Shown here piece after piece: positions 24,901-37,160 of a stretch of DNA of 64,000 bases; position 1 is the first letter of the stretch; each line of letters opens with the position of its first letter. The stretch lies in contig CDMY01000708.1 in the NCBI GenBank assembly GCA_001179505.1, positions 186,001-250,000 on the forward strand. The letters are read 5' to 3'. Source of the DNA: Vitrella brassicaformis CCMP3155 (lineage: Eukaryota; Protista; Chromerida). The position numbers and the translations under genes are program-made. The notes under the pieces were generated by a model. The model was not told the DNA's origin. It made no database searches and saw only the letters and a list, made by a program, of their open reading frames with translations.

Positions 24901-27900
24901 GCCGATGGCTTACTGCCTCCCTCCTTCAGGCAGAAGAGAGTATCGACACCACCCGCACTTGTCTGAGCGTTGCATTTGTGTTCAGGACACGCACACAGCT
25001 GATGAGTGCAAGAAGTGCCCACCTGGGAAAGCATGCACTGTCCCGGGGCTGTCGTCGCCCGATGCCGACTGCCAGGCGGGGTACTTCTGCGCCGGGGGAG
25101 CCGCGACTACAAGTACACACACCACGAGAGAGACGCGGAGACGTCACTCTACAATGCTCTCCCCATCTGCGATCACGCGTGCAGCGCCGGTGGGGTTTGG
25201 CAATCCTCAGGGCGGGGAGTGTCCAGTGGGCCATTACTGTCCGACGGGCACCAACAGCTCCATTCCATGCCCGCCCGGCGAATATGCCAACGTGGCCCGG
25301 AGCGCGACATGCTTGCCATGCCCCCCCGGGAAACACTGCATCAACGGCACCTCCACCCCAGGGTCAGCTACACTACCCAGACGATGGATAGATTGTGTGG
25401 ACGATCGTGTGTGTGTGACTCGTGTCTTCTTCAGACTGTGTCCTGCTGGCCGCGTGTGCAATATTTCCAGTCAGTCGGGCTTTGACGACGCTGGCGGAAG
25501 AGGGATAGCTCCCCTTGTGTCCCTCCTGTGCGTGTCTGTTGACGTGTTGTGGTCGGTCAGGCGAGCCATGTCCCATAGGCAGTTACCGAGACGCCATTGG
25601 CCTCCCTGACGATGTTGGCGAGGACTGCGCGCCGTGTTTGCCTGGCTGGTACTGCCGGGCCGGACAGCAAGTTGGCCTATGCGCCGTAAGAGAAGAACTA
25701 TAGACCAAAACATTGATCACATCTAGACGGTTGTCTGTTCTCTGTGTGTGTCAATGTCGCCGCTGACCTCCTCAGGCCGGGTAGGTCGCGTGAGAGGCCA
25801 TTCCTTTGTGTCTCCATGGGAAGGATCTGCCTGTCTGCGTGACTGTGTTCAGGTACTTGTGTGGTTTCGGCAACCGGCACCCCAACCCCCGCCCCGACAA
25901 AGGCAACAGTGGCCCCGGCGTGACGTACACCCGCCCGAGCGCCACTGTCGAGTACATAAACTACACCAACTTCGTCAGGCTGCACTATAATCCACCCGAG
26001 GAAGTATATGGTGATTTGGGGCGGCATGGATCACACACACAGAGCGCGAATACGAGACACCGTCTGTCTGCCTGTCTGCCTGTCTGCCTGCAGGTGGCAT
26101 CCAGTGTCCGCCAGGGTTTTACTGCAGAGAGGGTAGGCAGAAGGGCCGTGTGTCAGCCACCGGGTGACTACCGTCTGTCTGCATTGTGTGCAGGCACGGG
26201 TCGATGGGGGGATGACTACAAACCGCAGGAGTGCACGGATGGGTCGGTCCGGCTGTTCCCTGGGGGTCGATATGAGTCTGACTGCACCAACTGCCCCGCT
26301 GGCTACTACTGCCCGCCAAACATGTCACCTCCGGTCAGCCTCGCATCCAGCCAGCCAGCCAGTAGTTGCTCGAGTCTCACATGCAGCTGTTTGTTTCTGC
26401 TGATTGCCATGATAGATTCCCATCGTCTGTCCAGCTGGCAGCTACTGTCCGGAAGGTAGGTATACACACGGAAGGAGACATTCGTAGACGGATTTGCACC
26501 CCAAGCATGTCACTCATCTCGATCGGCTGACCAGGTGTGCAAGCGCCGATCCCCTGCCCCGCATCTCTCTACAACCCCTTCACGGAGAAGAAGTCGCTGG
26601 CGGCGTGCATCCCGTGCCCGGCGGGCCGCTGGTGCACACAAGACGGCACACCTGACGCCTACGATGAAGCCGAAGGGGCGATTGCATGCCCTGTATGTAA
26701 AGGACACACAGCCACAGCACACACAAAGAACGTGGGCAACGCTTGAGGGATCTTCTGTGTGTGTGTGTGTGTGATGGATGGCTCGAGCAGGTTGGCTCCT
26801 ACTGTGTGAACGGCACTCGCGACCCCATCCCCTGCCCGCCCGGCACGTTTGTCGACTTCCCGGGCGCCATGGATGTGTCTGACTGCAAAGACTGCCCGCC
26901 GGGCTTCTACTGTGACTTCTCCAATAACACGGTGCCCGACGCCATGTGCCCCCCTGGCACCTACTGCCCCGGCAGATCGGCCCGCCCCCGCGTGTGTCCC
27001 GCGCGCTTCTACTGCCCGCCCGTCACCGACCCGAATGGCACTGTCATCTCCGGCACGGTGGATCCCATTGAATGCCCGGCAGGCTACTACTGCAAGGCGG
27101 GGACGGGAGCGATCGAGGCCGTCACCAGGCTACTGCAGGGGGCGGCACTGTACTCGGGCTTCATTGACCTCCCCGAGTGCGAGACGGGATTCTACTGCCC
27201 CAATGGCACCGATGTGCCGCGACCTTGCCCCCCTGGCTACAGGGGCATTGATGGGACAGGCCAGGAACCGGGGTTCAGAACCGCATTTAATGAGGCGTGC
27301 ATCCCCTGTGAACCGGTGAGAAACAGACGGTATAGGCAGTGAGTGGAAAGAGAGAGAGTCCTCATACTGCCGTGCCGTACTTCCTCGTTTGTGTTGATTC
27401 ACTGATTCATTGATTCATTGATTCATTCATTCAGGGGACGTATCTGGAGGATCAGAATGCGACTGAATGTCTGCCATGCCGGCCCGGATATGTCTGCGTC
27501 AATGCAACCAACAAGATGTATGTATACAAATGAAAAGAAAGAGGAGAGAGAGGAGAGGACAGCTGCTGCGCATCGATCCAGCAATGTGGCTCCCTTGCAA
27601 ACGAATGCAGGCACCCCACCGTATTGGAGAGAGATGGGGGGTATGAGTGCCCCCTGGGCCACTTCTGCCCCTCACCCGTCGCCGCTGAGCTGCCCATGGT
27701 CGGCACGGCAGAGGAGTTCCCATGTGTGGCTGGCACATACGGACCTCTTCCCAGGCAGTCCACTAACGAGTCGTGCCTCCCTTGCCCCGTAAGTGCACCA
27801 CCCACGCAATGATATCGATGGACGCAATCCAATGGCCCTTCTGCGTGTGTGTGTGCATGTGCTGCAGGTGGCGACATTCAATCCACTGACAGGCAAAAGC

Positions 27901-30900
27901 ACGTGCACGCCCTGCGGCTCGAGTGCGACAACTCCTGGTGTTGGAGCGGCCATCTGCCAGTGCGTGGGCAAGAACCGCGCCTTCCAGGTGTCGGACCAGG
28001 CGTGCGTGTGCGCCCCCAACTTCGAGTACATATACGAGGACGGGGTCGACTTGTCGGACGAGGATGGCAGCCAGGACTGCCAGGAACACGTCAGACAGAC
28101 AGACAAACAGAAAGGAGATTCTTGCGGGCCCTTTTGCTCCACAACGGGCCGTCTCCGTTCTGTTTTCTTCAGATCTTCGAGCGCTGCAGCTCGGTCGCGG
28201 GCGAGAAGCGCGACATCCTCGGCAAGTGCGTGGTGCCCGATTGCAGGAAGGAGTGCGGGCCCGCCGGTGGGGATTGGGTCGATTCCGTCGGCCTTTGCTC
28301 GTGCACCGTCAGCGAGACAACCGACCAGATATGCGACACCACGTGCCAGAGCCTGCAGCTGACGGCCAATGTCGACTACGCCAGCAGCTTGCTCGTGATA
28401 GCCAATGAGAGCGCCGCCGTCAACTGCAGCATCCCCCTCTCCTACCTGACGGGCCGGACCGAAGTGCTGCAGAGCGCCCCAACGTGTTCCGAGCAGGCAA
28501 TGCAGGCCGGCAACTGCACCATCAGATACCAAGCTGCCAATGGTATGTATCACGACAGTGGCCTGTCTCCTAATGAGTATATTGCACTCATGTTCATTTC
28601 TGTGATGTCACTTGCACCTACAGGTCAGTTTGAGGGCAACTTCGGTTTCCCTCCGTCCCTCTTCGCTGAGATTCTGGACCGGCTGTACAGCGCCACCATC
28701 GACGACTGCTTCTCAGGCGTGCTGAACACCACCGCCCCCCTCCCAGTCAACATCACAGTCTCCCGCCGCCGACGGCTGCAGGCGACACCGGCGCCCGAGC
28801 CCGGAGTGGTCAACCCCGTCACGTGTCTGCAGCTGGGCGAGAGCATGATCTGGTCCCTCACGCCCGATGCCAGCGGGCGGATCGCCTACCCGGTGTACGA
28901 GAAGGACGCCCTGCTCAACACCAACCCCGACTTCGACTACGCTGCCTTCAGGTCAGTCAGCCACTCACAAATAAAGGCAACACAGCTGAGTGGATGGGGG
29001 AATGGGAATATGCGTGTGTGTGTATGTCTGTCCGCCAGGCGGTTGAGGACAGACATCGTGGCGGGTGTGCAGCGTGCCATGTTCAGCTTCACCTTCGACG
29101 AGCCCGGCGTGTACGTCTTCTCACTCAGCACCGACTCGAGCCAGCGCACAGTGATATCGGTCATGGAGTCCGGCCAGACATGCCCCACGCCGCTGCCTCA
29201 GACACAGACCACGTCGTCACTCGCCGCCGCCGGTGTCAAGATTGATGTGGAGATCGAGCTCACACCCGACTGGCCGCTGCTTTTCGGCGTCCTCTCTGCC
29301 ATTGTGGCCCTCGGTAAGTTAGAAGGGTCGTGCTGTGCGTGGGAGAGAGGGGAGACCACTTCCCGGATGTCTGTCTCTGCGTGTGTCGATCCTCAGCGTT
29401 GCTGACCATCCCCTGCCTCTGGGTGTTCCGCGTGACGGCATGGACTTTCGAACACGGTCCGCTCGGACCAAACTCCAAATACAGCACGTGAGATGAATGC
29501 ACCACAGCCATGCTCTTGCAGTGGGTGATGATGTGCTTGTGCCTGTTGTCCAGTGGTGTTGAGGGCAAAATGCTGCGGTGGGTCCGTCGCTACATTGGCG
29601 GCGAGCAGGACGGCAAAGACGACGGTGGCCCCCAATCCGCCAGAGCGTTAGCCGACATTGGGCTCGACGTCGGTGAGGACATCGACCCCAGGATATTCCA
29701 GGCCGTCTACGACAAGCTCATGGCGTACCACGCCTTCGTGTCCGGCAAATTCGCAGAGCAGTTCGACCTGCAGAAGCAGGAGACACAGCGAGTCCTCAAG
29801 GAGGCGGGGCTGATCCGCGACGCACTCCTCTCGAAGCTCGCCGATGCGCTGGACAAGCAGGAGGACGCCGAGGCTGAGGCGCTGCGGCACCGAGGGCGGC
29901 TGGAGGACCTCATCAATGACCTCTACAGGAAGAGAGACGCCCTCGTCGAGGCATGGAGGAGCATCCACGGAGAGGCTGCAGAGGTGAGGATGTGAGATGG
30001 GAGCCAGAGGGTCACGGGGCGCTTCTCTTATTATTTATCGATGGTGCTTGGCAGATGATCGCACTCGAGATGGAGCATGGCGACCGTCGCGCAAGCAGGC
30101 GGGGTAGCGGTGCATCCACCCGGTCCGAAGACATATCCCCCCGGAGCAAGCTGCGCCAAGGTCAGCAGACGGCGATGCAGGCCAAGAGGCAGCACTCGCA
30201 GGCCCAGCTGGGCGCCAATGCCGAGGCCCAGTCGGAGGAGGCGCTCAAGGCCCTCATGGCCCAGCTGGCCACGTGCGGCAACGACGCCGAGAGGAAGGCC
30301 CTCATTGAGCAGTTCCAGCAGCAGATGCAGAACCTCCAAGTGCAGCTTGACGCCACCAAGAACGAGGAGCTGGAGAATCTCAAGAGAACATATGAAGCCA
30401 ACGAAGTGAGGATAGGATTGTTGCCCCGTTGAGCCGTCAGAAGGATACGCACTTCATGCATGCTGTGTCCCTTCGTGTGTGCATTCTCAGAACGAGCAGG
30501 TTGCCGCTCGGCAGACGCTCGAAGCAGCCCAGGCGAACCACGTGGCGGTCGAAGAGGCCCTGGCGATCGAGAGAGAGGCATTCAATGCAAAACAGGTGAA
30601 CAAACAACGCCTGTGGCGTAGGTGTCTTCCACCTCTGCTGTCGCATTTCTGTCGTCTTGTCATGTCCAGGATGCTGACCGTGAGGCGTTGGCCGAAGAGG
30701 GAGCCGCCGCGCAGAGCAAGATCACGGCTGAGTTTGCCAGCAAGGCCGACCGCGCCTATGCCCAGATCCAGGAGCAGATGCAGCGCGAGCTGGCCAAGGC
30801 AGCCACGCCCGCCGAGAGAGCCGAGATCATCAGCCGCAACCAGAAGGCGTATGAGGCCGTTTTGGAGGGGCTGGAGCAGGACCGGCTCTCTCAGGAGCAG

Positions 30901-33900
30901 GCGCTGCAGGCCAAGCTGGCCAAGCGGCGAGAGGCACTTCGCAAGCGCCAGGCCGATGAGCTGAAAACACTGACGGACAGGCAGAAAATGCAGGCCGACT
31001 CTGCGGCGAAGGTATACGTCGCAGAATGCCATGTTTGTCTGCGCACATCTCGTGTGTCTCTGTGGTGTGTATCATTCATCCGTTTGTGCAGGACGTGTCT
31101 CAGGCGCGTGAGGCAGAGGAGAAGCTGTCGGCCGGCGAAGAGGTGGAGGCCCTCCAGCAGCAGCTCACAACCGCACAGGACCAAAAGATCAGAGACATGC
31201 AAAAGAGGTGCAACGCCGACCAAGCAGGATCACCACCACCCCTGTGCACGAGTGGCTTTGTTTTGTGTGTGTCTCTGTCTCTGTGTGTGTGTCTCTGTGT
31301 GTGTGTGTGTGTGTGTGTGTTGTGTCTCAGGTACCAGACTAAGATAGAGCTCAAGAAGACACAGCTGCAGGCAGAGATGGAGCAGAAGCTGCGGGGGGCA
31401 AAGGTCAAAAACACACAAACACACACATCGAGACACCATCCATTCGTTCTCTGTGCTCGCTGTCTCTCACGCAGACCAAGGAGGAGCGCCAGACCATCAT
31501 CCGTGACCACGAGAGGGCCGTCCAGAAGGCTGTCGATCTTCTCGACGAGGAGCGGGCGGCCGCCCAGGCGGCCCTTGAGCGCAAGCTGCAGGACCGGCAG
31601 CGACGTCGGCTTGATGCCATCAAGAAGCGGCAGGAGGAGCAGCAGAAGGTGCGGGCCCTCGAGGACACCCATACACAGCAATGGAGGCGGCTCGAGGCAC
31701 AGCAGGAGAATGAGCGGCTCATCATGGCGCAAGACCTCGCAAACCAACGCGCCAAGGAGGAACATGCGGTCAGAACAGCACACACAGTCGGAACGTCGCT
31801 CACAGTGTCCATCCTTGCTTGCCACCAGGTGAAGGACGACACAGCAGCCCTGCTCAACAACCTCATCAGAGACTTCAACGCCAAGCGAGCGGTTCGGGCA
31901 CCCCTTTCGCCGCACAGAAGACCCGAAAAATGCATCGCCCTTTCTGTGTGTTTGTCAGGACGTCATGAAGATCGAGGACCCCAAGGAGCGCCAGGCGGCC
32001 GAAGCCGAGCTCAACGCGTGGATGCAGCAGCAGAGGGAGAGTATACTGAAGGACGATGCCTACCGCCTAGAAGAGCTCGCAGATCGGATGAAACGCGCCG
32101 AATCAGAAGACTGGGCACAGCTCAAGGAGAAGCACGCCGACCAGAGCCAGCAGCTGCAGCAGCAGCAAAAGAAAGAAGTCGAGACAGCCAGGGCGCAACT
32201 CAACAAGTGAGACAACAGAAGGCCACCAGCCAGTTGATCGGTGGATGATGGTCACTTGCGTGGCGTGTTAGGGCGATGGACGAGGAGGCACGTGTGACGG
32301 AGGCTGCCGAGGAGACAGGCCTTGAGGAGGAGCTGGAGGGCGAAGAGTCGGAGGCCAAGGAAGGGCTGCAGAGAGACATGCTCCAGACCAAGAACGAAAT
32401 GCTCGAGAAGGAGAGACTCAAGATGCAGGCCGCACTCGATGAGGTACGTGCACATGCCTTAGCTACAGGACACGCATATGTCTCTCCTCCGCATCCACGT
32501 GTCTTGTTTGCAGCTGGGCGACGCCACTGACCCCGAGACAGAGATGCACCGGCAGCAGATCATGGACCAGTACGAGCGGAACGTCGCACATCTCGAGGAC
32601 ATGCTGGACCAGGAGAGGGACAAACAGCAGGCCGAGCTCGACAAACGGCTGCAGCAGAGGAAGGCAGAGCGGCTCGAGAAAGCCAAGATGGCGAGACAGC
32701 AGTCAGCGCAGCTCCGAAACTTGGAAAAACAGCAGGTACAATTAATTCCACACATTCTTTCTGACCGCCCCTTTCCAACACGGTGCGTTGTCTGCCTCTC
32801 AGGGCCACGACGCGCAGCTGTTGATCCTGCAGCAAGCCGCCGAGAAGCTGATGGAGAATGCCGCAGCAGCCGAAGACGCGCGAGAGGACGTCGAGGAGTT
32901 CCGGTCTCGTCAGCGGTCGGCCATCCGCGCAGCGCGCACCAAGATGATGGATGTGGCGTTAGATCCGTCCAAGAATGCTGAGGACAAGGAGACGCTGCTG
33001 GCCCGGCTGGAGGTCAACGAAGCCCGCGTGGTCGAGGGGCTCAATGCTGAGCGCACGTCGCAGGAGCAGAGCCTCAAGGAGAAGATCGCAGCCAGGAGGG
33101 CACGGCTCGCAGCCAAACAGGTGAAAGAAAGCCGTATTGCACTCTCATAAATACACACCACACCCGTGCCGTGTGTCTCCGGCTACTGTTGGCTGTTTGT
33201 CTCTCTCTCAGGGTGAGGAGGCGTCAAAGCAGCAGGAGGAGCACGAGGCGGCTGCCAAGCAGATCCAGGAGGAGGGTGAAGTCGCCCTCGGACAACAAGT
33301 GGGCGTCACCGATGCTGCCCTCTCTATCGCAAGGGCTATGGCCAGTGCGACCAAGGAGGAAATGGCCGCCAAACACACTGAGGAGCTCGCCAACCTCCAG
33401 AGGCAGCAGGAGCAAGCCTTGCAAGAGCTCAAGGCACAGATGCAGGTCAGTCAGCAAGCCCGTCTGCCTGCCTGCCTGCCTGCCTGCCTCACCACTCTGT
33501 GTCCACCATGGATCCACTTTGAATTCATTTGTTCATCCTTCGTCAGCGTGAGTTGGCCGAGGCCAAGGAGCTGCTGAAGCGCGAGATGGGCGACGAGCAG
33601 CAGATCAAGACGGTCAGGCTCGAGGAGGAGAAGCAGAAGCTGCGCGAAGAGGCCGAAAGGGAAACCGCAAAGGCCAACACAAAAGAGGAAAAAGAAAACA
33701 TCCTCAAAGGTATACTATACCAGACCGGCCGGTCCACCTGCATACTCCTTGCTTTATCCCCTCACTCTCTCTCTGGTTCCCTGCACCGACAGATTTTCAG
33801 TCTCGCATGGCCAGGATCGACACTGCCATTCAGGAGGAGGCGCAGAAGCAGGATGTGGCTCTCGAGGCACGACTGGCCGCCAGAAAGAAGCGCCTCGCGG

Positions 33901-35990
33901 CGAAGGAGGCTGCCCTCAAAGAGGACAATGAGAAGCAGCTCGAGGCACAGAAACTGCAACAGCTCAGGAAACAAATGGAGGCGCAGAGTGCGGTAGGTAT
34001 CTAAGCCATCACAATCCACACCATCAGTCTGGACAATCCACTTGCAGGCGGAGCGTCAAGCCGAGAGTGAGAGTCTGCGGCAGCTGGCGCACACCCGCCT
34101 GGGTGACGACACGACGCCGCCCACCGAGATGGTCAAGCAGGTCTTGTCTCAGCGTCACGAGAGGGAGATCAACGACCTCATGGCCTTCCACTTCCGCGAG
34201 AAGGCTCACAAGCTCAAATTTGCACTCGACGACATCAACAAGGAGCGCGAAAAGGCAATAGCGTAAGTGACTGTTGGATGGACAGGCGAAACAAAGAAAC
34301 CATCACGCCACACGCCACACGGTACATACAGCGTTTTCCTCCTCCTTGGTCAGTGAGATTTGGGCGCGTTACCCCAAGTCGTACACACACGAGACGCCGG
34401 ATGTGGTCCGCAAGCGGCAGAAGGAGATCGACGACTACGACAAGGAACACAAGACAAGGATCGAGGCACACATCAAGGACGCCACCAGACAGGTGGGCGG
34501 GACGACAGTCAATGGCTGGGGGGCATGGGGTATCACACTGTCTCCGGCTGTGGTGTTGTTGTGTGTGTATCATTGGTTTGTCAGATTGACGAGGCTCAAG
34601 AAGTGGAGATGCTGGCCTTGAAGGAGCGCCATTTGCAGGAACTCACAGACGCGTTTGCAGAGCTGTCGACGATCGAGACATTCGTCAAGGCCCACGAAGA
34701 GGTCGGCCCCACGCACACATAACGCAAATCAAGACGCACACCATTGCAGTCCGCCTGCTTGCCTGTCTGTGCGGCGTGGCGTGGCGTGGCGTGTGCAGGG
34801 TGACATAGTTGACCGCGCCAAGCTGGATGTCTTTAAGAAGAAGAAAGAGGAGGAGATTCAGCAGCGCCTCAAGGAGCTCGAGGAGGAGTGGGCCAGGAAG
34901 GAAGCTGAAGAGAAGGCCAAACTGGTACATACTTACATGTCTCCCTCCTGCTCACACATGAGAGGCATGCCACTTGGTTGATCCACACACGTGTCCTTTC
35001 ATCGTCGTAGAACGACGAGCTGGCGGCTTTGGAGCGCAAGATAGAGGACCAGGCGCAGCGGGACCGTGAGGCGGCTGAGCAGCGCGCCAACAAACTCAAG
35101 AACAAGGTGCTGTCTGAGCGGGAGGAGCTGCAGAAGAAGAAGATGCAGGCGCAGCTGCAGCAGACGCCCGGTGCGGACGACCAGATGAAGGCCGAGGTCA
35201 TGAAGCAGTACGAGGAGGACCAGCAGCGGCTCATCACGGCCCTCGACACCGAGCGGGAGCGCCAGAAGGCCATTTTCGAGGAGCGACTGGAGGAGAAGAA
35301 GCGCGCCCAGAAGGAGCGGCAGATGAAGAAGGCCGAGGAGGAGCAGAAGCGCTTCAAGGAGCAGCAGACCAAGATCATCGAGAAACAAAAGAAGATCCTC
35401 GAGAAGCAGCGGGAACAGGAGATGAAGAAGAAGGAAGCCGAGCTCAGAAGACAGAGCATCATCGCAAGGTAGGTCGGTGGTGGGGGACGTGTCTCCCCTT
35501 TTGCCGGATGGGATGCCCCCACGGCCTGTGTGTGCCTTTGTTTGTTTCTTGCCTGCCTGGCTGCACTGCAGGGGTGGGGAGTATGAGGGCCCGCATCCGC
35601 TGTGGGATGAGATCCTCAACGAGGAGGAGACGGCCGGCACGCTCAGGGTCGGCCCAGAAGAGGCAGAACCAGCTCAAGGTACTCAACCTGGCCAGAGCCA
35701 TGACACGCACCCCCTGTGTCCACACGCATGTGTCTCTGTCTGGCTATAATTCAGGCGGCCCATTTGTGAGCAAGATGCTGGAGGTGGAGCGTCTCTTGCG
35801 TGAGGAGGGGGCCTTCCTCAGAGACCTGCTGCGGAGCCTCAAGAAGCTCTCGGTCGTGCTGCATGACCTCGACGGCTTCCCCAGCACTGCCAGCGTTCCG
35901 GCCGTCCCGACCAGACCCCCTCCCCCTCCCGCAGGTGCTGCTTCCGGTGTGATGGCCGCGGAACTGCAGCAGTCCGCCAACTCGGGATGA
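9959..35990 (+). CDS. Giant single-pass (type I) membrane protein with GCC2/GCC3 (ephrin-receptor-like) cysteine repeats and a long cytoplasmic coiled coil
   Basis: Signal peptide MSRGGVMLRPRHLCWAAALVFIALFSLPPALA; dozens of CPxGxYC..G..CPxGTY..C..C repeats (~12150-28000); one TM helix; E/Q/K/A-rich tail; stop at 35990. The junctions I checked (20757/20811, 22612/22676, 23168/23238, 29313/29397, the last two introns) stay in frame, but I did not verify every junction. On the order of 100 introns and ~6000 aa (rough estimate). Confidence 0.85.
10060..12100 (+). other. N-terminal Ig-like beta-sandwich repeats (3 bacterial-Ig-like + ~3 Calx-beta-like) of the giant protein
   Basis: Repeated TFQP..V.AG..I....V..VD..GT......G.A.F.DL.I..AG..YTL motif in exon 1 (9959-10945). 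EGGSGEYSVVLASQP..LIFTPSDWDTPQTI, TAVDDNIA and VFEGKSTTTVVTLGTEPAADV in exon 2. Assignment is from motif recall. Confidence 0.65.
18700..18818 (+). repeat. Intron made almost entirely of (TG)n/(TCTG)n microsatellite
   Basis: Directly visible. Similar tracts occur in many introns (e.g. 31265-31325, 39000-39034, 41995-42030). Confidence 0.9.
20811..22250 (+). other. NHL-repeat beta-propeller region within the giant protein
   Basis: TIAGGG, LDEPRRLAMDTKGGVLYVSDSGNNRVIK, LSDPRGMEYD, LDTPMDVTLDSSGNIYVADFGNHM, IYTVAGDGTGGF, LYVGDKGSNRIR: classic NHL repeats. Confidence 0.85.
22676..23168 (+). other. F5/8 type C (discoidin / galactose-binding-like) domain within the giant protein
   Basis: NKPASSTT..FPPSNAVDGNGGTYWQA..TYLEVSLEEWYLVDRFHI..FTLQY..GQWVD..|..VERLRLSITS..IKISDFNVYG. 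Confidence 0.8.
29271..29430 (+). other. Single transmembrane helix of the giant protein (split by an intron)
   Basis: WPLLFGVLSAIVAL|ALLTIPCLWVFR across intron 29314-29396. I saw no other long hydrophobic segment in the mature protein. Confidence 0.75.
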
Positions 35991-36041
35991 GCTGAGGCTG
36001 GATGGAGCTCATTTGTTGATAACGTGTTGACCGATGCCGCC

Positions 36042-36341
36042 NNNNNNNNNNNNNNNNNNNNNNNNNNNNNNNNNNNNNNNNNNNNNNNNNNNNNNNNNNN
36101 NNNNNNNNNNNNNNNNNNNNNNNNNNNNNNNNNNNNNNNNNNNNNNNNNNNNNNNNNNNNNNNNNNNNNNNNNNNNNNNNNNNNNNNNNNNNNNNNNNNN
36201 NNNNNNNNNNNNNNNNNNNNNNNNNNNNNNNNNNNNNNNNNNNNNNNNNNNNNNNNNNNNNNNNNNNNNNNNNNNNNNNNNNNNNNNNNNNNNNNNNNNN
36301 NNNNNNNNNNNNNNNNNNNNNNNNNNNNNNNNNNNNNNNNN
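36042..36341. other. Assembly gap (300 N) followed by a poly-C run
   Basis: Ns from 36042 to 36341; C17 at 36342-36358. Confidence 1.
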
Positions 36342-37160
36342 CCCCCCCCCCCCCCCCCAACACAGGGACGACTCTTTGTGTGTGCGGGGAGTGGTGCTGG
36401 TCTTGCGGCAGTGGAGTGGAGTGGAGTGTAGTGTGTGTGCATAGTTGTGCCACTGTGTGTCTCTCTGATCTGGTCAGTCAGTCAGTCGCAAGAGAAAAGA
36501 TCCTTTGTGTCATTACGTCAGGCAAGCTCAATTGGAGCTTGCTTAGAGCCATCAGACAGACAGGGATATGTGTGTGTCACCAATGTGTCACCACTGAGGC
36601 AGGCTGCCTGTGTGTGTGTCTCTCTGGGTAGCGCGGCGACGTAGCTTCAGGGAGGACACGCGCGCATTATAGCTCAAGCGGCCGGCAGTAGAGTGCGCGG
36701 CTTCTGTGTGTGTGTGTGTGTGTGCACAGACTATTTGTGGGTGGAGTGGATGTGTGTGTGTGCGGACATCAAAGTGTATTGATTGCCACATATGCAATCA
36801 AACCATTCATTCAGTAACGGTGTCCGGCAGTCCACACAGACAGACCCTCTCTCTGTCCACTGTGCTTTTATCCCTGCTTCCGTATTGTGCCTGTCGTCAC
36901 CGGCGGGTCGAATGTGATGCTCCTCATATTCCACCCTTCGACGAGGACAATACGACAAGGAAGCTAGGAAAGCACCAATCCCTCGATCAGAGACAACGAC
37001 AAGGCGGCACACTCACACTCACATACATACATCGATCAATCAAGTCACCCTTTCAAATCCTCACTGTAGGTCATCTCACCGAAATGACACACCACACAAA
37101 CACCCCCACCCCAGTGTAGCTACAGCAGCCCACTCTTGGGTTTGGGCCTCTCGGGCGGCC

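Noticed and set aside
9959-35990. Calling the giant protein a CRMP orthologue or an ephrin receptor kinase
   Set aside because: Only one TM helix is seen, whereas CRMPs are multipass, and the tail has no kinase domain. The repeat type alone is not diagnostic.
35744-36453. Long ORFs spanning the N run
   Set aside because: Artefacts of translating Ns as X.
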